Shown here piece after piece: positions 11,831-25,025 of a DNA stretch of 64,000 nt (position 1 is the first letter of the stretch; every line of letters starts with the position of its first letter). The position numbers were made by a program, and so were the translations under genes. This DNA comes from Mobula hypostoma. Its lineage: Eukaryota. The DNA is taken from NCBI RefSeq assembly GCF_963921235.1, contig NC_086107.1, positions 102,860,001-102,924,000 on the forward strand, in the 5' to 3' direction. A model generated the notes under the pieces. The model was given only the letters and a program-made list of their open reading frames with translations, ran no database searches and was not told where the DNA came from.

Positions 11831-13258
11831 GTGAGGATAAAATAAGGGTGAAGCAGATGATGAAGGCTATGTGGATGTGTAGATGATGTGTATTTACAGA
11901 AGTTCTTTGATGAAGCAACACAAAAGAGATATTAAACACAAGGTACAATGTTGGGAATACTAGTGCAAATCAAGGAGTGAGGTATGGACGAAGAGCAGGA
12001 GTGGATTATCTGTAGATCGAAGACTGTGACCAGACTGATTCCAGGTGGATCAGTGCTAATCCCCAGCCCAGTCACTCACAAGCACCATAAATGGTTTGGA
12101 TGAGGAAACCTATTTGAAGGCTGCTGATGATACAAAAGTCAGGTGGCAATGGGAATGCAGAGAGTCTTTGCGGGCAGGGGTATATAGACAAGATTGTGGA
12201 TGGGCAAGGACACAGAAGATAGAATATAATGTGGGAAAATGTGAGATCATCCACCACAGCTTGAAAAAATGGAAAGCAGAGTATCTTTGAAATGGTTAGA
12301 CACGGAAAGGTTCAGTGTCAGAAGAACCTGGGTTTACAAATCACTCATAATAGTTCAGAAGTGATTAGGAAGGTAACAGAATAGTCTGTTGACTATTAAT
12401 ATGGTGGGGGGGGAGTTGATTACAGAGTACAAGCACAGAGAAGTCTTCCTCCTGTTTGTTATAGAGTCCTGGTGAGGCACAACATCACAACATGGAATAT
12501 TGCATACAGTCTGATTGTTCTAATTAACAAAGGACGTTTTCTGAACGTGAGATTGCAACGTGAGCTGCCAGAGCAAGTGGTGCATGCAAGCTCAATCTCA
12601 TCGTTTCAGCGAAGTTTGGATAGGTTCATGATGGGAGGAGTATTGAGGGCTATGGTCTGGGTGAAGGTTGATGGGAGTAGGCAGATTAAATGGTTTGGCA
12701 CAGACTAGATGGGCCAAAGGGCCTGTTTATGTGCTGTACTTTCCTATGACTCTATGACTCGAGAAGGTTTCCCAGATTAATTCCTCAAGGGCTGGCTCTG
12801 TCATGAGGAAAGATTTAAATATTGGGATCTCCTCGGTTTCTAGAATTTAGAACCTAGAACAGTACAGCACATGAATAGGTCCTCTGGCCCACAATGTCTG
12901 TGCCAAATTATATTAAACCCTTCTGTCTGCACAAAATCCACAGCCCACCCCTACCCCTGCACATTCACGTGCCGATCTGAAAACCTGTTAAACTTCACTA
13001 ACATACCTGCCACTCCTGGCAGTGACTTTGTGACAGCTTCCATTCCCCGTCTCAACAAAACCTTGCTCAGCACAGCTTCTTTAAATTTCCCCCTCTGACC
13101 TTGAAGCCATGAAGAATGAGATGTGATGTCAATGGAACGTGCAGAACTCTTAAAGGTTCATGGCAGCAGATGCAGAGTTGATGTTAACCTTTTTGTAGTA
13201 CTTAGGGGTCGTTCCTTAAGATTGTTATAGCCGGGGGTGGTAATGGGGACAAGCTTCT

Positions 13259-14075
13259 AACAACAACTCCTTTACTTGCATGTTTGGAAACTGCTCTATT
13301 TCCATCTTTAATATTTCTATTCTTCCATCTTTAATATCTCTATTTTTCCCTTTCAGGGTTCTTTTGAAGACCCTGACCTGGAGTTACACACTGACCACGG
13401 TTCTTTGTGGGAATGGGACCTGCTCTCGGGGTTTCACGACTGGCTGTTATTCGATATGCCGAGGATGCGGACTAAGAGCTTCGCTTGCCTTCGGGGGTCC
13501 GGGATCTCGTGGCTCTGGAGATGGGCGGACCAAAGGTTGGTGCCTCTGCAGGAATCCGGTGTGTCGTGGGAGACGGAAGATCAAAAGCAGCGAGCTGGCT
13601 GCTGGCTTTATGCCCAGAGACCCGAGTTCTTTGGGCACAGAGCTCGGAAAAAGTGATGCAACGGACTTTTAACATCGTAAATCAGCAAGTTGTTTGTTAT
13701 GCCTCCCCTCTCGCTGTGAAACGGGGACACCTCTTTTTCCCTTATTAGGGAGAGAGAGAGCCTGTGGTATGGAATACCGGGTGAACGAGCAGTCTTTGGG
13801 GTACTGCAAGTCTGTGTCTTTGCCGATGTTCGGCTGCACGCTTGAGTGCTCAGTGGTGGGTGCTGATGCTTTTTTTTGCCGGTGGTAGGGTGGGTTCGTT
13901 GCTTTGCTGCCGCTCACGAGTGGGAGGGAGGAGCTGGGGGGGGGGCTTTGGGGTTCTAACATTTAACTGTCATTCATTCTTTGGGGCACTCCTCTGTTTT
14001 TGTGGATGTTTGTGAAGAAAAGGTATTTCAGGATGTATATTGTATACATTTCTCTGACATTAAATGTACCTATGA
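13259..14075 (+). mobile_element. Non-coding interspersed repeat, copy 1, inserted into an RTE-related element (about 13220-14610)
   Basis: Collinear with 39330-40135; shared 3' end TTTCAGGATGTATATTGTATACATTTCTCTGACATTAAAT. Confidence 0.7.
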
Positions 14076-14709
14076 AGGCTTTTAAATGCCTCCAATGGTG
14101 TGAGACTCAAGTACCCTCTGACAGCCAAGTCCAGCTCCTGGCCTTCGCATGTGGCAGAGCTACAAAGCCCAGTGGAACCGTTTCTACTGACAGGAGAAGG
14201 GGCAAAGGTGGGTTACTGGCGCCTTAGAACCAGTCGCTTCGGGCAGATGGGGCTCGTCAGCCATGGTTGGCAGCTCATCTCGGAGAAGGAAAACTCTGAT
14301 CTCAAACCTCTGCTGCCTTGTGGCCATACCCACTCATGGGGAAAGCTTTGGGGGTGAACCCTGAGGTAAAATCCGGAGCTGGGGTCCCTAAGGCAGTCCT
14401 ATGGTGAGTTCAATGCTGATTAGCAGCTCCTGCGACGCCGCTGGTGCCAAACTGTATGGGTCTCTGCCGTTCCTCTGGGTTCATCAGATGTCTGGAGAGG
14501 GGGAGCTTGCTACATGGGCAACAGCTTTCTCTCGATATTGAACTGCCCAGGCTTGTGTATCTAGACCACTAGGACACAACATCCATGGTCACCTCTGACC
14601 GATGGAGGCCCTCACCTCAGCTCAGGGGTGAAAAACTCTAAATAAGGGAATGCCCAGTCAGAACGGAGATTACACCCACAGATCAGTGATTCCTTGGAAT
14701 TTTCTACTC

Positions 14710-15135
14710 AGGAGTGTCATGGAGGCTCAATCATGGATTACGTTCTGAAGACAACACGTCTCCCCAAACAGACCCTTCCCTCCCAGCTGAAGGAAGGTCA
14801 GCAAGCCTCTGGTGGGCAAATGAAATGCTTCAAAATCACCTGAATAAATTCAGCATTACATCTAAAAGCTGGGAGGACCTCACACTCAACAATTAGGCAA
14901 TCTGTTCAAGAGGGAACTGCATGAGAACGACCTCCGCTGTGTCACGGGGAACAAGTGGCAGCTGCGAAAGGGAGGTTGGGAAACCAGAAGACCTGACCGT
15001 TAACCACAGCCGCACTAACTCTGGCCCACACTGCACCAGAATATGTGGGTCCCAGATCAGCCTCTACAGCCCCCTGAAGATCCGCCAATGCAGAACCCCT
15101 TCAGAGAACGTCATACCCGACTTGAGTGATCACAC
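14710..15135 (+). mobile_element. RTE-type LINE 3' relic
   Basis: LKITLNKFSI..SWEDL-like segment and PHCTRICGSQISLYS (decayed C-terminal C2H2-like motif). Confidence 0.45.
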
Positions 15136-17249
15136 TACATTCAAGGCAGGGATCAATAGTTTAGACCTGGGGTACCCCACCTTTCATATGCCACGGACCC
15201 CCTACCATGAACGGGGTGGGGGTCCATGGAGCCCCAGGTGGGAAACCAGTAAAGGGATCGAGTGGAATGGAGTCAAACACAGGAATTGAGGTACAAGATC
15301 AGCCAGGGTCTCATTGAAGGGAAGAATAGACAAGAGGGGCTGAACAGCCTTCCTCCTGCCCTGATCTGTCGGAATTGCAGGTTGATCATCTGGACACAAT
15401 CCATGAGACAAATGACACTGGAGCCATCAATAATCTGCTTCACAGAAAAGGTTTTTTTGAGCATCTTCAGTTACAAACCTGAATATTACAAAAGAATGTA
15501 ATATTCATGAATGATCTGGATGCCAATGTGGGAGGGAAGATCAATAAAATTCTTGTGGGGCACATTGGCAGAATAGTTGATAATGTGGAAGATCATCTTC
15601 AGCTGCAGAGAGACTTGATTTTTGGTGAAATAAACTGAAAAATAGCAGATACAGATTAATCCAGACAAATGTGACATTGTGCATCCTGAGGCCATTACTG
15701 AGGTAAGGTATTAAGGGGAACAAGACCCTAAACCCCTGAAGGTGGCAACACAGGAGGGCAACATGTTTGGGAAGGCTTACAGGATGTTGCCTTTTATTAG
15801 GGTAATGCGATCACGTGGGTCGGGTACGGTGTTCTCCTCAGGGGTTCTCTACTGGTGGGTCTTCAGGAGGCTGTAGAGGTCAATCCAGGATTCACGTCTT
15901 CCAGACCTCACAATCCTGCCCCCTTTGCCACTTGCTGATCACTGTGAGAGTTATTCCGGGATGTTAGGCTGGAACACCCGTACGTGACTTTGTCTGACGT
16001 GGGGAGGTAGATGCATGGGCAGCCACCACACAGTTCTAGACAGATTGAAGTCAGGGTCCAGTGACATGGAATGAAAGAAGCCTGGGAGCCCTTTGCTGCT
16101 GCATCCTTCCTCCTCCTTCACTGCCGTTGGTGATGGGTCATCATCTTCTGTCAGCTCCACCCACGAGGTTTCGGTTGGATCGCTCTTTGCCTGGATCCTC
16201 CCCCTTGATCTTCTCGCCATGGATGACCACACTAGGAGCTAAACGCCAACTCCAGACTACAATATTCTTGGGATCTCAGGGATTCAAAAGCCTCTCTAAC
16301 ACAACTTGGAGAAGTTTATTAAGGTATTGAATACAGAGATAAGGAAATTATGCTCCCACTTTGTGAAACCTTGGGCAGACCTCAACTAGAGAACTGTTTT
16401 CAATTCTGGTCACCAAGATATGGGAAAGATGTGACAATGCTGAAGAAGAGTATATTAACTGTTTGCATCATGGCCTGGTATGGAAATGCAAATACCCTTA
16501 ATAGAAAAGCCTATAGATTCTATAGAATTGATTCTATTGTGTTTCTTGTACTTACTGTGAATGCCCACCTGAAAATGAATCTCAGGGTTGTATATGGTGA
16601 CATGTATGTACTTTGAGAGTAAATTTACTTTGAACTTTCAATTCAGATAGCTAAGGACAATATGGTTGATGCTGTGTGCTTACTTTTTGGGTAGCCTCTC
16701 CTATCAAAGTAATTGCTATCTTTTCTTTAAAAAACCATCTTGAAAGAGAAAATTTGGCTTCATCAATGAGGCTGAATTGCCCAAACGTCCTTCATGGGTC
16801 ACACCAGTTCAGGCTACCTCCAGCCAAGTTAGATATAGCTAGTGATGACATTGGGGTGGATATCATGAAAATAGAGTTGGCAGTGAAAAATGCTCGAGGA
16901 GAGTTTGGTCCTGGTACACAAGTCACGATGACATCGTTAATGGAATGCACTGTGGATATGGTGTGAGTGTCAGCAACTTCTAGTACCGTGCTCAATTATC
17001 TTTTATGCTCCGTTGAGTAGATAGACAGTCTTGATTTAATATCCTGGCTGAAAACTGATACCTCTAGCAATATATATACACTGAGGTGAAGTGAAATAGC
17101 GGCCTACTCTGATACTGGAGTGAGAATTGAACCCATTAGTGTTCTTCCCCGTTTACCTTAAGCAGCTGAAACACCGAGACTCAGAACTTCTTTGAAGAAG
17201 ATCGAACTCCAGTTCTGGCAGGAGGTGTAAATGGACAAGAGTGAACCAA

Positions 17250-18290
17250 TGCAGTGGCCACTTTACTAGGTCCACCTTCTCATTAATGTAAATATCTAAT
17301 CAGCTAATCATGTGGCTGTAACTCAATGCAGACATGGTCAAGAGGTCCAGTTGTTGTTCAGACCAAATATCAGAACGGGGAAGAAAAAAAATGCAATCTA
17401 AGTGACTTTGACTGTGGAATTTTTTGTTGGTGCCAGATGGGGTGGTTTGAGTATCTCAGAAACTGCTGAACTCCAGGGGTTTTCACACACAATAGGCTCT
17501 AGCGTTTATAGGGAATGGTGTGAAAAACAAAAAACATCCAGTAAGTGGCAGTTCCGAGGGTGAAAATGCCTTGTTAGTGAGAGAGGTCAGAGGAGAATAG
17601 CCAGACCGGTAAAAGCTGATGGGAAGGTGACAGTAACTCAGATAACCATACTTTATGGGGGGGGGGGGGCGGGTGGTGCACTACTTCACAGGACCAAAAG
17701 CTGCATATGGTTGTAAATTTAGTCGGCTCCATCTTGGGTACTAGCCTACAAGGTACCCGGGACGTCTTCAAGGAGCAGTGTCTCAGAAAGGCAGCATCCA
17801 TTATTAAGGACCTCCAGCACACAGGACATGCCCTTTTCTCACTGTTACCATCAGGTAGGAGATACAGAAGCCTGAAGGCACACACTCAGTGATTCAGGAA
17901 CAGCTTCTTCCCCTCTGCTGTCCGATTCCTAAATGGACATTGAACCCTTGGACACCACCTCACCTTTTTTTAAATATATAGGATTTCTATTTTTTTGCGC
18001 CATTTTTAATCTATTCAATATACATATACTGTATAAAGCATACTGAATAAGATTTACTTATTTAATATTTTTTCTTCTTCTATATTATGTATTGCATTGA
18101 ACTGCTGCTGCTAAGTTAACAAATTTCACGTCTCATGCCGGTGATAATGAACCTGATTCTGATTACAATGGTAGTGTGCAGAAGAACATCTCTGAACACA
18201 TGGCACATCGAACCTTCAAGTGGATCAACTTTAGTACCAGTGCATAAATTCTCTACCTTATCAGGTACAGAAAGTATATCTCACAGTACA
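17250..18290 (+). mobile_element. Tc1-like transposon relic, interrupted by a Rex1/L2-like LINE 3' fragment (about 17655-18163)
   Basis: About 17390-17650 encodes frameshifted LSDFDCG..VGARWGGLSISETAEL..GFS..VYREWCEKQKTSS (Tc1 HTH region). The insert encodes KAASIIKDLQHTGHALFSLLPSGRRYRSLK. Confidence 0.7.
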
Positions 18291-19629
18291 TCCATACAGT
18301 ACGAGTGCAGAAGAGAATGCTTAGGATGGTGAGCAGTCGCTATTTAAACAGTCTGATTTGTTCGGGTCAAGGGTCAGATGTTTTTCAGGCTGTCGCCATC
18401 AATGCAAGTGGGGATTATTCCATCACAGTCCTGCCTAGTGCCCTGATTACTTAGAGTCTGAAGCAACTCATCACAGGGTACCCACTATCTGACCTGCAGA
18501 GGTTACACGACTGATCCAGTTAAGTTTTTAGCTAATGGTCAACCCCACGACATCGACGGTCAGGGACTCAAATGGCAAAGTCGTTAAATATCAAGGGTAG
18601 GGGATTAGATGGTGAGGTGAAGAAAGGTCACCTACCAAAACGTTAGCTGTTTTCCCCTCATAGCCTGATCTGAACCCTGTTCCTGTTCCGGGTTTACGAC
18701 TATTCACAGTTTTGCTTTCAATTGGGTTTGCAGTTGGTCAACCTGACTCTGGCGCCGGATTATCTGCCACATCCCAGGCAGACATGGGCTGCTCCATTTT
18801 CTGCAGAGCTGCAAACACTGGACTTCTATGAAGGAACATCCCCACCCACATCAGACCTTATGACGGAAGGGAGGTCATTGATGAAGTAAATATTTGGGGA
18901 CCAGATGGACCTATGATATTACCCGGAGGAACTCTTGCAAACTCTTCCAAAAATATGATTGTTTAGATCTGCTGTAAGCATTTATTTACCTTTACCCTTC
19001 AGCGTGCACCACCAAGAATTCTCAGTGCTATTGCAAACCAGAATGTTTGCTTTAGAATTATTGTACTGGGTATAGTTTCAAGGAGACTGATCAAACCAAA
19101 ATCCTCCCGGTCTCTTCCTTATTACTGCAGTTTCTGCAGGGCAGAAAACTACAGATGATGAAATTCTGAAATAGCAAAGCTGGAAATATTCAGGTCAGGC
19201 AACATCTGTGGCTCTGAGGCATTAACCCTCTCACTCAACATCTTCAAACTTTTAATATTTATCACTTCATTTCAGGGTCATTCTATTTTTTAAAATGAAT
19301 TCAACACCTACCCCTCCCTCTCTCTAAACCTTCACCTGATTCAGAAATACCACATCTTGTTCATCTTTCATTAACTGCCCCATCTTTGCTGCGATTTGCC
19401 CTGCTGTGTGATGAACTGAGACTGGGCTACGGGCTTTGCGTCGATGGACTCACTTTTCATTCTCAATGCTGTGGTTTCCTTTTATTGTTTGCACGATTTG
19501 TGCATTCTTCTCTCTCTCTCTCTCTGCGCACTGGGAATTTGTCCTTTTTTTGATTGGGTTTGTTCAGGTTTCTTGTTTTATGACTGCCTGTAAGCAGACG
19601 AATCTCAAGGTTGTATAATTTATACATAC

Positions 19630-20083
19630 ATAGAAGCATAGAAAACCTGCAGCACAACACAGGCCCTTTGGCCCACAAAGCTGTGCTGAACATGTCCTTA
19701 CCTTAGAAATTACCTAGAGTTACCCATAACCCCCTCTATTTTTCTGAGCTCCATGTACTTGTCCAGGAGTCTCTTAAAAGACCCTATCGTATCCGCCTCC
19801 GCCACCGTCGCTGGCAGCCCATTCCACACACTCATCACTCTCTGCATAAAAAAACTTACCCCTGACTTCTCCTCTGTATCTACTTCCAAGCACTTTAAAA
19901 CTGTGTCCGCTCGTGCTAGCCATTTCAGCCCTGGGAAAAAGCGTCTGACTATCCACATGATCAATGCCCCTCATCATCTTATACACCTCTATCAGGTCAC
20001 CTCTCATCCTCCGTCGCTCCAAGGAGAAAAGGCCGAGTCCACTTATCTTATTCTCATAGAGCATGCTCCCCAATCCAGGCAAC
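19630..20083 (-). mobile_element. CR1 3' fragment
   Basis: ORF 19774-20085 LFSLERRRMRGDLIEVYKMMRGID; same family as 59100-59720. Confidence 0.88.
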
Positions 20084-20144
20084 ATTTAATAATAAATGTG
20101 GTTTGAACTTTGAAGCTGTCTTTGTTGAAAATGCAATGCAATAC

Positions 20145-20299
20145 CAGACATCCCACCTCTCCCGGAAGTTCCGGGAGTCTCCCGCATATTAATAGTGACT
20201 CCCTGATGCCCGCAAACTATACACAATATTCCGGAAGTCATTTTTTTGAGAGAGAGAGAGAGCGCGAGAGCGACCACGAGAGGGGAGGGAGGGAGGGAA

Positions 20300-20332
<33 letters not shown>

Positions 20333-20725
20333 CAGAGAGAGACAGAGAGAGAGAGAGACAGAGAGAGAGCACGCACGCGCCATGGCAGAGTTTTCCAAAA
20401 AAAGAAAATATAAAACGTACGTCACCCCAGACTACCCTAAAGTGTACCCCTGCCTAATAGGGGTCAAAAATAATGACTGTGTTGCTGGCTGCACTGTTTG
20501 CAACAGTGACTTTTCTATTGTCCATGGTGGGTTAAGACTGTAAAAGACATGTTGAGGTGAGTTTAACAGGTGCCATTCATTCATTAGCGTAGCTAAAGTT
20601 ATTTAGACTAGCTGGCTAGCTGCTAAGGAGCTACTCTATTGCAGACATCCCACCTCTCACGGAAGTCTCCCGCAAATTGATGGTGCTACCTCCCCGAAAT
20701 GAGTTTTTGTAGGGTGGAATGTCTG
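20145..20725. mobile_element. Non-autonomous DNA transposon (MITE) with 6-bp TSD, internal (GA)n tract and internal extra TIR
   Basis: TIR CAGACATCCCACC / GGTGGAATGTCTG. TSD CAATAC at 20139-20144 and 20726-20731. Second left-TIR copy at 20642. Confidence 0.8.
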
Positions 20726-20975
20726 CAATACAGTACATTTCCCCCATATCTCAGCATTGTCCTCTCCAGCCTCTGCTTCCATGTCCAAGTCAGTAATTTT
20801 CACCAATCCCATCCCAAAATCCACTACTTGTGATTGGCTGTTCATCTTTTGCTCTGGGGATACAGGGATCTGATGACACTGGAACCTGGAGGAACGATAT
20901 GCTGGAGGACTCTGACATAGAGGTCCGACCCAAAACATAGACAATTTCTTTCCTCCCACAGATGCCGCTTGACCT

Positions 20976-21337
20976 CCCCTTCATACCCCATCCATTATTC
21001 ATTTATTATATATATATATTCTCTCTCTCCTTTTTCTCTCTCTCCTTTTTCTCTCTCTGTCCCTCTCACTATACTCCTTGCCCATCCTCTGGGATTCCCC
21101 CCTCTCCCTTTTCTTTCTCCCTGGGCCTCCTGTCCCATGATCCTCTCATATCCCTTTTGCCAATCACCTGTCCAGCTCTTGGCTCCATCCCTCCCCCTCG
21201 CCATCCCACTTTCAAATCTCTTACTAACTCTTCCTTCAGTTAGTCCTGACGAAGGTTGTCGGCCCAAAATGTCAACCGTACCTCTTCCTAGAGATGCTGC
21301 CTGGCCTGCTGCGTTCACCAGCAATTTTTATGGGTGT
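20976..21337 (+). mobile_element. Penelope-like 3' fragment nested in an older Penelope-like terminus
   Basis: Highly similar to 7060-7445, with a decayed hammerhead at 21242-21277. TSD TGCCGCTTGACCT (20963-20975) / TGCTGCTTGACCT (21338-21350). Confidence 0.75.
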
Positions 21338-22289
21338 TGCTGCTTGACCTGCTGAGTTCTTCCAGCAAATTGGTTGTTGTACCCTTCCTTCTGTTGCTGT
21401 CCCACAAGCCACTTCCCTGTACTAGACTTTCAGGTCTTCCTAAACTCTCCTTTAGTCACTGTTTTAAGTCCTCTTTGACCCTCTCATTCTTGCTCTAACT
21501 CACCAACAGAAACCACAAACATTTTCCATAGCACATTATAGTTGTTACAAATATCTCAAAATATAATCTACAGCACACTTATTATTACTTCGATATTATT
21601 GGTTTCTTTTGTAATCCTATGTATTTAATTTTAGATATTTAAACACATGATTGTGGGTAGGGGTCCCTGGGCTTCACCAGACTGCTAAAGAGGTCCATGG
21701 CATAAAAAAGGTTAAGAACTCTTGCTCTAACATCACTCCTCTCAATTCCCCTTAGCTTTAAAACTCTGCACCAAATTTTCAGTAGCAGCCTTTGGAATGG
21801 AATCCCCTGTCCTCAGCATCCAACCTTTACGACTGTGATACGTGGACAACCCCAGCCTAGAGCACCGTGCACCTACTCTTTCTCAAGAGCAGAGTACTCA
21901 TGTTCTGTACTCAACAGCCATCTTGAGATTCTGATTGCGTAATTTTAACTCTGCTTCCCACTCTCATGTGTCTTCACCTTCACCATTGCTAAAGGTCAAA
22001 TGTAAATTGAAAAAAATAAACATCTCAGATCCATTAGGTGGTTTACAATCGAATGAATGGTATGAGCATCAAATTCTACTATTACAAGTAAACCATTCCC
22101 CTGGTGCTCTCCCCCAATAAATTAATGTCCATCTAGATTTCTTCCTCCTTTGTTCACTTTTCCCATCACCCCTTTACCCAGTTGCATCTACCCACCCACC
22201 GCCTGTTCCACGCATTACCTACCAATCTGCGTCTCAGCACCTCCCTCATAGTGCTGTTCCTCTTCCCTCATTCCTGCTGCAGGGCCTCA

Positions 22290-25025
22290 ATAACCATATA
22301 ACCATTACAGCACAGAAACAGGCCATTTCGGCCCTTCTAGTCCGTGATGAACTCTTACTCACACCTAGTCCCACTGACCTGCACTCAGCCCATAACCCTC
22401 CATTCATTTCCTGTCCATATATCTATCCAATTTAACTTTAAATGACAACATCGAACCTGCCTCAGCCACTTCTGCTGGAAGCTCGTTCCACACAGCTACC
22501 ACTCTCTGAGTAAAGAAGTTCCCCCTCATGTTACCCCTAAACTTCTGCCCTTTAACTCTCAACTGATGTCCTCTTGTTTGAATCTCCCCTACTCCCAATG
22601 GAAAAAGCCTATCCGCGTCAACTCTATCTATCCCCCTCATAACTTTAAATACCTCTAACAAGTCCCCCCTCAACCTTCTACGTTCCAAAGAATAAAGGCC
22701 CAACTTGTTCAACCTTTCTCTGTAACTTAGGTGATGAAACCCAGGTAACATTCTAGCAAATCTTCTCTGTACTCTCTCAATTTTGTTGACATCTTTCCTA
22801 TAATTCAGTGACCAAAACTGTACACAATACTTCAAACTTGGCCTCACCAATGCCTTGTACAATTTCAACATTACATCCCAACTCCTATACTCAATGCTCT
22901 GATTTATAAAGGTCAGCATACCAAAAGCTTTCTTCACCACCCTATCCACATGAGATTCCACCTTCAGGGAACTATGCACCATTATTCCTAGATCCCTTTG
23001 TTCTACCACATTCTTCGATGCCCTACCATTTACCATGTATGTCCTATTTTGATTAGTCTTACCAAAATGTAGCATCTTGCATTTATCAGCATTAAACTCC
23101 ATCTGCCATCTTTCAGCCCACTCTTCTAACTGGCCTATATCTCTCTGCAAGGTTGAAAACCTACTTCATTATCCACAACTCCACCTATCTTAGTATCATC
23201 TACATACTTACTCATCCAATTTACCACCCCATCATCCAGATCATTAATGTATATGGCAAATAACATTGGACCCCTTACAGATCCCTGAGGCACACCACTA
23301 GTCACCGGCCTCCAATCTGACAGTTATCCACCACTACTCTCTGGAGTCTCCCACCCAGCCACTGCTGAATCCATTTTACTACTTCAATATTAATACTTAA
23401 CGATTGAACCTTCCTAACCAACCTTCCCTGTGGGACCTTGTCAAAGGCCTTACTGAAGTCCATACAGACAATATCCACCACTTTACTCTCGTCAACTTTC
23501 CTAGTAACCTCTTCAAAAAATTCAATAAGATTTGTCAAACATGACCTTCCACGCACAAATCCATATTGACCCTAATCAGACCCTGTCTATCCAGATAATT
23601 ATATATACCATCTCTAAGAATACTTTCCATCAATTTACCCACCACTGACGTCAAACTCACAGGCCGATAATTGCTAGGTTTACTCTTAGAACCCTTTTTA
23701 AACAATGGATCAACATGAGCAATACGCCAATCCTCCGGCACCATCCCCGTTTCTAATGACATTTGAAATATTTCTGTCAGAGCCCCTGCTATTTCCACAC
23801 TAACTTCCCTCAAGGTCCTAAGGAATATCCTGTCAGGACCCGGAGACTTATCCACTTTTATATTCCTTAAAAGCTCCAGTACTTCCTCTTCTTTAATCAT
23901 CATAGTTTCCATAACTTCCCTACCTGTTTCCCTTATCTTACACAATTCAATATCCTTCTCCTTAGTGAATATCGAAGAAAAGAAATTGTTCAGAATTTCC
24001 CCCATCTCTTTTGGCTCCACACATAGCTGTCCACTCTGATTCTCTAAGGGACCAATTTTATCCCTCACTATCCTTTTGCTATTAATATAACAGTAGAAAC
24101 CCTTGGGATTTATTTTCATCTTGCTTGCCAAAGCAACCTCATATCTTCTTTTAGCTTTTCTAATTCCTTTCTAAAGATTCTTTTTACTTTCTTTATATTC
24201 TTTGAGCACCTCATTTACTCCATACTGCCTATATTTATTGTAGATATCTCTCTTTTTCTGAACCAAGTTTCCAATATACCTTGAAAAACCATGGATCTCT
24301 CAAACTTTTAACCTTTCCTTTCAACCTAACAGGAACATAAAGATTCTGTACTCTCAAAATTTCACCTTTAAATGACCTCCATTTCTCTGTTGCATTCTTC
24401 CCATAAAACAAATTCTCCCAATCCACTCCTTCTAAATCCTTTCACATCTCCTCAAAGTTAGCCCTTCTCCAATCAAAAATCTCAACCCTGGGTCCAGACC
24501 TATCCTTCTCCATAATTATATTGAAACTAATAGCATTGTGATCACTGGACCCGAAGTGCTCCCCAACACAAACCTCCGTCACCTGACCTATCTCATTCCC
24601 TAACAGGAGATCTAACCCTGCCCCTTCTCTAGTTGGTACCTCTATGTATTGCTGCAAAAAACTACCCTGCACACATTTTACAAACTCCAAACCACCCAGG
24701 CCTTTTACAGTATGGGCTTCCCAGTCTATGTGTGGAAAATTAAAATCTCCCACAATCACAACCTTGTGCTTACTACAAATATCTGCTATCTCCTTACAAA
24801 TTTGCTCCTCCAATTCTTGCTCCCCATTTGGTGGTCTATAATACACCCCCATAAGAGTTACTACACCTTTCCCATTCCTCAATTCCACCCAAATAGCCTC
24901 CCTAGACGAGCCCTCTAATCTATCCTGCCAGAGCATCGCTGTAATATTTTCTCTGACAAGCAATGCAACACCTTCCCCTCTTGTCCCTCCGATTCTATCA
25001 CACCTGAAGCAATTAAATCCAGGAA
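22290..25025 (-). mobile_element. CR1 LINE, 5'-truncated, ORF2 (APE endonuclease + RT) broken by frameshifts and stops
   Basis: ORF pieces: GVYYRPP/VIVGDFNFP/FGSSDHNAI (24442-25050), KSPGPD/NYRPVSLTSVVGK (23535-24131), SCLTNLIEFFE/DFSKAFDKV (23302-23556), RRRLRGDL/NFFTQRVV (22404-23150). Short TATGGTTA-type tail at about 22290-22305. Confidence 0.93.
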
